A DNA stretch of 11,681 nucleotides from Deinococcaceae bacterium. GTDB taxonomy: Bacteria; Deinococcota; Deinococci; Deinococcales; Trueperaceae. Below the pieces are notes generated by a model that worked only from the letters and a program-made list of their open reading frames with translations, was not told where the DNA came from and did no database searches. A program made the position numbers and the translations under genes. Every line of letters begins with the position of its first letter. Position 1 is the stretch's first letter. Below are positions 1 through 5,905 of this stretch, piece after piece. The stretch spans positions 4,918 to 16,598 of the forward strand of contig JBDZWC010000066.1 of assembly GCA_040256005.1 (NCBI GenBank). The letters are read 5' to 3'.

Positions 1-360
1 TGGTTCGCCTTCTCGGCCTTCTGGTACTCGGTGCCGCCGCTCAGCAAGGCCTGGCAGCGCGAGGCGCGCGTGGAGATGGGACGCGAGGACGCACCACCGT
101 TGGCCCTGCTGTTCATCCCGACCCTGATCGGCTACTTCGTGACGTCGGTCGTCATCGCGCTCGTCTCCGAGAGCATAGGGGCCAGCACGGCCGGCCACGC
201 GATCGCGCTCGGCGTCACCTTGGGTGTCGGGTTCGGCATGGTGACGGCCCTCGTCAACCAGTCCTACGAGGGCAAGGGCAGCGGGTACTTCCTGATCAAC
301 GGCCTCAACGCGGTCATCGCCTTCTCGGTCGTCGCGCTGATAGTCACGCTCTGGAACTGA
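1..360 (+). CDS. DUF1761-like small membrane protein, 5'-truncated by the window edge
   Basis: Frame is open from base 1 (WFAFSAFWYSVPPLSKAWQR...) to TGA at 358-360. The 'WYS.P...KAW' motif followed by three hydrophobic helices and a C-terminal 'YE.K...YFLING' segment resembles DUF1761 proteins as I recall them. Confidence 0.7.
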   Translation, partial: WFAFSAFWYSVPPLSKAWQREARVEMGREDAPPLALLFIPTLIGYFVTSVVIALVSESIGASTAGHAIALGVTLGVGFGMVTALVNQSYEGKGSGYFLINGLNAVIAFSVVALIVTLWN

Positions 361-424
361 GTCTCGTGACCGGCTCCCGGCTCGGCGCGTCGCTCATGCC
401 AGCGCCGGCATCAGCTGGGCCGCC

Positions 425-1630
425 TCACGACTCGCGGGCGGCGGCGAGCGCGACCCTGTTACGCCTGAAGACGTAGGTCACCAGGGCGGCGGCGGGCAGC
501 AGGAAAGCGAATCCTAGCGTCAGGGCAGGACCTATGCCGATGATCTCCTGCAGCGCCCCGAAGGCTATGTACACGACGCCCGCCGTGCCCCAGGTGAAGC
601 CCATCAGGAGGCCGGAGGCGGCCGCGACGTCGTTGGGTGCGAGGTCCTGGGCCGTGATGATGAGCAGGGGGATGCTGGCGTTGGTCAGCATCCCGGCCGC
701 CGCCACGACCACGAAGAAGAGTGGCGACGGCGCCTCGAGGCGCAGCGCGAGCAGCAGGGCGGGCAGCGCGGCCAGCATGCACGTGACCATGAGTCGCAGG
801 CGGCCGACGCGCGGCTCCAGGACGCCGGCGAGGATGCCACCAGCCGAAGCGGCGCCCATGTACAGCGACAGGGTGAGGCCGATCACCGGCGCGTCCGGGG
901 CGAAGCCCCGCACGTTGGCGAGGAACAGCGGCATCCCGTTGGTGAAGCTGATGAAGGCCATGGCGCGGAGTATGCCGCCCACCGCCAGGAGACCGACAGG
1001 CCCGGCGATGAGCGTCAGGTCGAAGACGCGCCTCGACGCCGCGGCCTGCACGGGCGCGGCCCGCGGCGGCGTGAACAGCAGCAGCGCGAGTCCGAAGAGC
1101 ACACCGACGATCGACAACAGCGGCACGTACTGCGCTCCCACACCGCGAACGATCGCGAGCACGATCACGGGCATGAGCGCCGAGCCGAACGAGCCGCCGG
1201 CCGCGAAGAGGCTCATGCTCAAGCTGCGCTGAGCGCCCGTGTCGCGCGCCATCGCCGCGGCGGCGGGGTGGAAGATCGCGGAGCCCAGTCCGCCGAAGGC
1301 GAGCACGAAGAACAGCGACCAGACGCTGGGTGCCACCGAGATGAACCCCATCAGCGTCGAGCCGACGATCAGGCCCAGCGCGGCCGACTTGCGCCGGCCC
1401 CAGCGATCCACGAACCCCCCGAAGACCGGTTGCAGCACGTTCGACGAGATCGACACCACGGCCACGGCGACGGCGAGGACCGCCTCACCCAGGCCCAGTC
1501 GCGCCTGTATGGAGGGCAGGAACACGGGCAGCACGTTCGCGAACGCGTCGTTCGCCGAGTGGGACAGCGTCAGCAGGAAAGTGAGGCTCAGGCCGCTCAA
1601 CGTGGCCCGCCGGAGCGGCGTGGTCGTCAC
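425..1630 (-). CDS. MFS transporter, Fsr (fosmidomycin-resistance)-like family
   Basis: About 12 hydrophobic segments; N-terminal 'HSANDAF', 'LQPVFGGFVDRWGRR' (MFS motif A) and 'GLGSAIFHPAA', typical of Fsr-like MFS. Start placed at GTG 1630 (VTTTPLRR), 9 nt downstream of TGgTACCGT; the ORF-track start at 1657 lies upstream of that box. Confidence 0.85.
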   Translation of the reverse strand: MTTTPLRRATLSGLSLTFLLTLSHSANDAFANVLPVFLPSIQARLGLGEAVLAVAVAVVSISSNVLQPVFGGFVDRWGRRKSAALGLIVGSTLMGFISVAPSVWSLFFVLAFGGLGSAIFHPAAAAMARDTGAQRSLSMSLFAAGGSFGSALMPVIVLAIVRGVGAQYVPLLSIVGVLFGLALLLFTPPRAAPVQAAASRRVFDLTLIAGPVGLLAVGGILRAMAFISFTNGMPLFLANVRGFAPDAPVIGLTLSLYMGAASAGGILAGVLEPRVGRLRLMVTCMLAALPALLLALRLEAPSPLFFVVVAAAGMLTNASIPLLIITAQDLAPNDVAAASGLLMGFTWGTAGVVYIAFGALQEIIGIGPALTLGFAFLLPAAALVTYVFRRNRVALAAARES

Positions 1631-1639
1631 TGAGGACAG

Positions 1640-1648
1640 ACGGTACCA
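1640..1648 (-). promoter_or_regulatory. Putative extended -10 element (TGgTACCGT) for the Fsr-like MFS gene
   Basis: Minus strand reads TG-G-TACCGT (1648..1640), then 9 nt, then GTG 1630. No Shine-Dalgarno is visible. Confidence 0.45.
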
Positions 1649-1691
1649 AGGCGGCAAGGGGGCGAGCGTACCGCCGTCGGGGCGCCTGACT

Positions 1692-1697
1692 TAGACT
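1692..1697 (+). promoter_or_regulatory. Putative -10 element (TAGACT) for the small membrane protein and glycosidase unit
   Basis: TANNNT hexamer 11 nt upstream of ATG 1709, inside a 78-bp divergent intergenic region. Confidence 0.45.
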
Positions 1698-1708
1698 GCG
1701 AGCCGGTC

Positions 1709-1876
1709 ATGCCTCTCTCGCGTATCGTCCTCGTCGTCGTGCTCGCCGCTGTGGGCGGGCTACTCCTCTACCGCGCCGCCATGGGTGGCGGGCCCCTCAT
1801 GTACTTCCTCGCCGCGGTCTTCCTCGGCATGGCGTTCGCTGCGCTGCAGAGCGGTCGCCGGCCCTCCGGGGGCTGA
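1709..1876 (+). CDS. Small hypothetical membrane protein, 55 aa, two predicted TM helices (not in ORF track)
   Basis: Manual translation: MPLSRIVLVVVLAAVGGLLLYRAAMGGGPLMYFLAAVFLGMAFAALQSGRRPSGG*. Two hydrophobic stretches joined by GGGP, a basic tail, mostly G/C third codon positions; it fills the gap and stops 2 nt before the glycosidase TTG. Confidence 0.75.
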   Translation: MPLSRIVLVVVLAAVGGLLLYRAAMGGGPLMYFLAAVFLGMAFAALQSGRRPSGG

Positions 1877-1878
1877 CG

Positions 1879-4173
1879 TTGCGGACGCTGGGGAGCGGCG
1901 TGGCTCGCCTGGCCGCGCTCGCCTACCGCAGCGCGCTCATGCCCCCGCCCGTCCAGCCGGGTCGCTTGATCCTGGCCGGCGAGGTGAGGCCCGGCTCCTG
2001 GCGCCTCGGTCCGTTCGAGGTGGTCCTGACAGGGTCGCGACTCGTCGTGCATCACCCCGGGGCCCCGCACGGGGTGGCCCTGTCGTCCCCTACCCCTGGG
2101 GCGTTCGCTGCCGCGGTGCGCGGCGAGGTCAGGTTCACCGGCCTGGCTGGGCACCTCGGGATCGACGAGCAGGTGCGCCAGCGGCTGGGCGACCAGGTGT
2201 TGACCGCCGTCGTCCACGAGGGCGGCCAGCTACGCTTCGGCGGCCACTTCGCCGGTCCCTGGGAGGGCCGCGACTCCCCGTTCAGTGTCGCGTTCCGCTG
2301 CGTTGACGACGACACGCTCGAGGTGGCCCTCCAGTTGGTGGGGCCCGGCGCCAGGGCGGCCCCGGTGGCGGTCGAGCAGGGCGCCACCGGCGCCGACGTG
2401 CCGGCGCCGGGCCCGTGGGCCGAGCTGCTCTGGGAGCGCGACCGTGGCAGCGCCGTCTTGGGTGGGGGCGTTCAGTTCAGCCACCTCGACATGGCTGGCC
2501 GCCGCCTGCCCGTTCTGACCGTCGAGCAGGGCGTGGGCAGGGGCGCCCAACCGCTGACCCTCTTGGCTGAGCTCTACGGCGGTGCGGGCGGTCAGTGGTG
2601 GAGCACCTACGCGCCGGTGCCGGTCCTCTACACTAGCGAGCCGCGCGGGCTCTACCTCGTGGGCAGCTACCCCCTGCAGCTCGACCTGCGCCACCCCACC
2701 GTGGCCAGCGCCCGTGTCTACGCGCCTCAGGCGACGGTGCGCGTGATAGTGGGCGGCACGCCGGCCGCGCTCATCGAGGCGTACACGCGGCATGCGGGCC
2801 GCATGGCGCCGCTACCCGACTGGGCCGACCGCGGCGCGATCCTCGGCCTGCAGGGCGGGTCGGACAAGGTGAGGAGCGTCGTGGGCGCTCTCGAGCGGCA
2901 CGGCGCGCCGCTGGCCGGGGTCTGGCTCCAGGACTGGGTGGGGAACAGGACGGTGGGCTTCGGGCAGCGCCTGTGGTGGGACTGGCAACTGAACCCCGAC
3001 AGGTACCCGGACTGGGACGCGCTGGTCGACTGGTTGGAGGCGAAGGGGCTGGCGACCCTCGTGTACGTCAACCCGTTCCTGGCCGAGATGTCTCTCAGGC
3101 CGGGCGGTAGACCGGACCTGTTCACGGTCGGTAGGGCCACAGGGCGCTTCGTGCGAACGCGTGGCGGCGACGTGTACATGACCGACCAGGGGGACTTCGA
3201 AGCCGGGCTCGTGGACCTCAGCGACGATGAAGCCGCCGCGTGGTACCTCGAGACGCTGACCGAGAAGCTCGCCGCGACGAGGGCGAGCGGTTGGATGGCC
3301 GACTTCGGCGAGGGCTTGCCGTTCGACGCCGCGCTCGCCGGGGGCGTCGCTCACGAGTGGCACAACCGCTACCCGGAGGCCTGGGCGCGCTTCAACCGAC
3401 GCCTGAGGGAGAGGCTGGCCGAGCGGCTGGGCCGACGGCCGGACGACTTCCTGACGTTCTTCCGTTCCGGCTTCACGGGCAGCCCCCGCGACGCCGGGCT
3501 CTTCTGGCTCGGCGACCAGACCGTCACCTGGGACGAGCACGACGGCCTGCGCAGCGCGCTGACCGGTCTCCTCAGCTCCGGGTTCGCCGGGTACAGCCTT
3601 CAGCACGGCGACGTGGGCGGCTACACGTCCACCGTCTACCCGCTGCCGCGGCGCGTGCGCACCAGGGAGCTGTTGGCGCGTTGGGGCGAGCTGATGGCGT
3701 TCACCGCCGTGTTGCGCACGCACGAGGGGAACCGCCCGCGCCTGAACCTGCAGGTGTACAGCAACGAGCAGACGCTGTCCGACTTCGCCAGGGCAGCCAG
3801 GCTGCACGCCGCCTGGCGCGGCCTGCGTCGAGAGCTCATGGCCGAGGCGGCGGCGAGGGGCCTGCCCCTCGTGCGTCACCCGTGGCTCGCCTACCCCGAG
3901 GACCCGAGGACCCTGACCGCGGGTGGTCAGTTCTTCCTGGGCAGGTCGGTACTGGTGGCGCCTGTCATGCACCAGGGCAGGGTCACGGCCAGCGCTTACC
4001 TGCCGGCGGGCAGCGGGGAGTGGCTGGACCCCTTCGGCGGCGCTACCCACGATGCCGGCGACGGGCGGCGCGTTGACCTGCAGGCGCCTCTGGGTCGGCC
4101 AGGCGTCCTGCTGTCGTGCCAGGACACCGGTTCGGCGGCGCTCGCTCAGGCCTTACGGGACGCGCTCGGCTGA
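1879..4173 (+). CDS. yihQ: GH31 glycoside hydrolase, YihQ-type; predicted sulfoquinovosidase
   Basis: Motifs EQGVGRG, GLQGG, WLQDWVG.R...FGQRLWWDW, YVNPF, WMADFGE (nucleophile Asp, 3301-3303), WLGDQ (acid/base Asp, 3514-3516), HGDVGGYT and RTHEGNRP match E. coli YihQ as recalled. Start uncertain: TTG 1879 or GTG 1900 (GGGAG at 1891-1895). Confidence 0.88.
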   Translation: MRTLGSGVARLAALAYRSALMPPPVQPGRLILAGEVRPGSWRLGPFEVVLTGSRLVVHHPGAPHGVALSSPTPGAFAAAVRGEVRFTGLAGHLGIDEQVRQRLGDQVLTAVVHEGGQLRFGGHFAGPWEGRDSPFSVAFRCVDDDTLEVALQLVGPGARAAPVAVEQGATGADVPAPGPWAELLWERDRGSAVLGGGVQFSHLDMAGRRLPVLTVEQGVGRGAQPLTLLAELYGGAGGQWWSTYAPVPVLYTSEPRGLYLVGSYPLQLDLRHPTVASARVYAPQATVRVIVGGTPAALIEAYTRHAGRMAPLPDWADRGAILGLQGGSDKVRSVVGALERHGAPLAGVWLQDWVGNRTVGFGQRLWWDWQLNPDRYPDWDALVDWLEAKGLATLVYVNPFLAEMSLRPGGRPDLFTVGRATGRFVRTRGGDVYMTDQGDFEAGLVDLSDDEAAAWYLETLTEKLAATRASGWMADFGEGLPFDAALAGGVAHEWHNRYPEAWARFNRRLRERLAERLGRRPDDFLTFFRSGFTGSPRDAGLFWLGDQTVTWDEHDGLRSALTGLLSSGFAGYSLQHGDVGGYTSTVYPLPRRVRTRELLARWGELMAFTAVLRTHEGNRPRLNLQVYSNEQTLSDFARAARLHAAWRGLRRELMAEAAARGLPLVRHPWLAYPEDPRTLTAGGQFFLGRSVLVAPVMHQGRVTASAYLPAGSGEWLDPFGGATHDAGDGRRVDLQAPLGRPGVLLSCQDTGSAALAQALRDALG

Positions 4174-4195
4174 GGAGGCTCGCGCCGGCCGACCC

Positions 4196-4723
4196 CTAGA
4201 CGCCCACCACCGTGCTGCGACGCTCCAGCAGCAACGTGTCGCGCCATACCCCGTGGTGGAGCCCGATGCGCTCCCGGTAGCCCACCTCCCTGAAGCCGAA
4301 CTCGGCGTGCAGACGGCGCGTGGCCGCGTTCTCGCTGAACACCGAGCTCTGCAGGGTCCAGATGCCCGCCTCCTCCGACGCGGCGATCAGTCGCCGCATC
4401 AGGGCCCGCCCCACGCCGTGGCCCCGTGCCCGCTCCGCCACGTATATGCCCACCTCGGCCACTCCGCGGTAGACGGGGCGCCTCGACACGGGGGAGAGCG
4501 CCGCCCAGCCGAGCACGTCGCTCAGGTCCACCCGCGTGTGGGCGACCAGGCGGCACACCTCGAGCCTGCCCGACGACCACGCCTCGTGGTCCGTGGGCGC
4601 CGCGACCTCGAACGTCGCTTGGCCCGTCGCGATGCCCTCATCGTACGCGCGGCGGACCGCCGGCCAATCCTCTGGCACCATCTCGCGCACCAGTACCGCG
4701 CTGTCGCTCCTCGGACCTGACAT
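4196..4723 (-). CDS. GNAT N-acetyltransferase, Pat/YncA (phosphinothricin / methionine-sulfoximine acetyltransferase)-like
   Basis: 'YDEGIATGQATFE', 'GWAALSPVSRRPVYRGVAEVGIYV', acetyl-CoA loop 'RGHGVGRAL', 'EN.ATRRLH..FGFREVGYRERIG...GVWRDTLLLERRS'. Confidence 0.88.
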   Translation of the reverse strand: MSGPRSDSAVLVREMVPEDWPAVRRAYDEGIATGQATFEVAAPTDHEAWSSGRLEVCRLVAHTRVDLSDVLGWAALSPVSRRPVYRGVAEVGIYVAERARGHGVGRALMRRLIAASEEAGIWTLQSSVFSENAATRRLHAEFGFREVGYRERIGLHHGVWRDTLLLERRSTVVGV

Positions 4724-4728
4724 ACGAG

Positions 4729-4734
4729 AATCTA
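4729..4734 (-). promoter_or_regulatory. Putative -10 element (TAGATT) giving a leaderless GNAT transcript
   Basis: Minus strand reads TAGATT-ctcgt-ATG (5-nt spacer); no SD. Confidence 0.55.
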
Positions 4735-4892
4735 CGACCGTCGGCTTCCGCTCGCGCCTACATGAACGCCAGGCTCGCGCGCTGCACGCCTACCCTCGAC
4801 GCGAGATTAGGTCGATAAGAGCGAGGCGAGACCGGCATGGGCAGGGCGTTAAGGGCGTCTCACCACCCGGGAAGGCCTTCTCACAGGGCCTG

Positions 4893-4989
4893 GTGCAGGG
4901 TGTGGCCAGGCGATCTTCGGCGTGGTCGAAGACCCCTGTCGCCTCAAGAAAGGGCCGAGGGCCCGGCGACCTGCACGAGGGAGGCCACA
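4893..4989 (+). promoter_or_regulatory. Candidate structured 5' leader of the lipoprotein gene, including SD GGAGG at 4980-4984
   Basis: Complementary pairs found by eye: 4893-4899/4970-4976, 4908-4913/4939-4944, 4914-4920/4926-4932, 4952-4956/4960-4964 and 4901-4907/4983-4989. Confidence 0.35.
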
Positions 4990-5688
4990 ATGAACGTGAC
5001 GACGAGAGCGATAGACGGACGACCGACCAGGAGCAGGTGGCTCGCGCTGCTCATGGCTCCGGCCATGGTGATCGCGCTGGCGGCTTGCGACACAAACGAT
5101 GGCGGCATGTCCGCGGAGGACGCCGCGGCCATCAGGGACCAGATCCAGCAGGTTGCTGACCGTCTCGATGACGTCGAGCAGCGGCTGATGGATCTGAGCG
5201 CCGCGGACGGTAACGACGAGCCCGCGATGCTGATCAGCGAGGTCCGCGAGGTGCGTGACGACGTCGGCGAGGCGCGCAACATGCTGACCGAGGTCAGCCA
5301 GCAGCTGGCCGACGAGCAGGCCGAGGAGAACCTCGACGAGACGCCGGCTCCGGGCGACGTGACGCCCAACAACGACCCGCTCGCGCCGATGGGCGACCAG
5401 CCCGGCCTGGGTGACGACCTCAACCAGCTGGGCGACGACGTGCAGGAAGGCGTTGACGACGCCGGCGACGCGATCCAGAACGGCGTGGACGACCTGAACG
5501 ACGGCGCCAACGACGCGCTGGACGGCGGGAACGACGCCCTCGATGGCGGCAACGACGCCCTCGATGGTGGTGGCAACGACGCCGGCCAGGACCCGTTCGG
5601 CGACGACGCCGGCGACGACCAGCCTGGCGACGGCAACCAGCCCGCTCCGCTCGAAGACCCGCTGGTGCCCAACCCGCCCGACCTCTGA
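4990..5688 (+). CDS. Acidic lipoprotein (232 aa) with predicted coiled coil and Asp/Gly/Asn-rich disordered tail
   Basis: ATG 4990 follows GGAGG. Arg-rich n-region, hydrophobic h-region WLALLMAPAMVIA and lipobox LAA-C. Then heptad-like helices (IRDQIQQVADRLDDVEQRL) and DGGNDAL repeats. Confidence 0.8.
   Translation: MNVTTRAIDGRPTRSRWLALLMAPAMVIALAACDTNDGGMSAEDAAAIRDQIQQVADRLDDVEQRLMDLSAADGNDEPAMLISEVREVRDDVGEARNMLTEVSQQLADEQAEENLDETPAPGDVTPNNDPLAPMGDQPGLGDDLNQLGDDVQEGVDDAGDAIQNGVDDLNDGANDALDGGNDALDGGNDALDGGGNDAGQDPFGDDAGDDQPGDGNQPAPLEDPLVPNPPDL
5500..5586 (+). repeat. In-frame 21-nt tandem repeat, about 4 degenerate copies, encoding DG(A/G)NDAL
   Basis: gacggcgccaacgacgcgctg / gacggcgggaacgacgccctc / gatggcggcaacgacgccctc / gatggtggtggcaacgacgccggc (last copy has an extra Gly codon). 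Confidence 0.85.
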
Positions 5689-5705
5689 CCCAGGCGCTCC
5701 AGTAC

Positions 5706-5723
5706 GCCCGCGCTAGCGCGGGC
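5706..5723. repeat. Perfect 18-bp palindrome
   Basis: gcccgcgctagcgcgggc equals its own reverse complement; starts 17 nt after the lipoprotein stop. Confidence 0.85.
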
Positions 5724-5746
5724 ACCAAAAGACGAGTGACGCCAGC

Positions 5747-5764
5747 GACGTAGGCGCCTACGTC
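5747..5764. repeat. Perfect 18-bp palindrome
   Basis: gacgtaggcgcctacgtc equals its own reverse complement. Confidence 0.85.
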
Positions 5765-5766
5765 TC

Positions 5767-5798
5767 CCACCCCGGCCATAAGCGAGTGGCCGGGGTGG
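5767..5798 (+). terminator. 12-bp perfect stem-loop; possible terminator of the lipoprotein transcript or an operator
   Basis: ccaccccggcca-taagcgag-tggccggggtgg, followed by tctgtat (weak U tract). The hairpin is certain; its function is inferred. Confidence 0.45.
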
Positions 5799-5802
5799 TC
5801 TG

Positions 5803-5808
5803 TATACT
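5803..5808 (+). promoter_or_regulatory. Putative -10 element (TATACT) for the leader ORF and CNNM operon
   Basis: 5/6 match to TATAAT in GC-rich DNA, 10 nt upstream of ATG 5819. Confidence 0.6.
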
Positions 5809-5818
5809 CGCTCGCAAC

Positions 5819-5905
5819 ATGTATCCCGACCACGCGGGCCCGCGGCGCCGGAGCGAGCGGCAGCCGCCGAGCCTCACCCCGAGGGGGTACGCCGCGGGCC
5901 TATGA
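5819..5905 (+). CDS. Candidate 28-aa leader peptide (uORF) coupled to the first CNNM gene
   Basis: MYPDHAGPRRRSERQPPSLTPRGYAAGL*. ATG lies just downstream of TATACT; stop TGA 5903-5905 overlaps the CNNM ATG 5902-5904 (ATGA). Confidence 0.45.
   Translation: MYPDHAGPRRRSERQPPSLTPRGYAAGL

Noticed and set aside
361..424. Bidirectional terminator between the convergent DUF1761-like and MFS genes
   Set aside because: Only short 5-bp stems (e.g. atgcc/ggcat, 396-411) and no U tract; too weak to call.
2812..4050. 412-aa minus-strand ORF and other long overlapping ORFs (e.g. 534-1232, 3240-4076, 4944-5672, 7208-8113, 8014-9111, 9262-10188)
   Set aside because: Alternative-frame or antisense shadows of recognisable genes; low-complexity Arg/Pro/Ser/Ala-rich translations expected in GC-rich DNA with few stop codons.
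4196..4723. GNAT as the toxin of a toxin-antitoxin system
   Set aside because: Motifs are Pat/YncA-type and there is no adjacent ribbon-helix-helix antitoxin gene.
4837..4989. ORF-track N-terminal extension of the lipoprotein
   Set aside because: ATG 4990 has a GGAGG SD and places the signal peptide and lipobox at the N-terminus; the extension looks non-coding.
5500..5586. Short tandem repeats as a possible CRISPR array
   Set aside because: No spacers, in-frame, varying mainly at synonymous positions, and no cas genes; this is a protein repeat.
5689..5901. Known metal riboswitch (M-box/ykoK, yybP-ykoY, NiCo) upstream of the CNNM pair
   Set aside because: I could not match their consensus features by eye, and under 100 nt lie between the -10 box and the start codon. 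An Rfam scan would be decisive.
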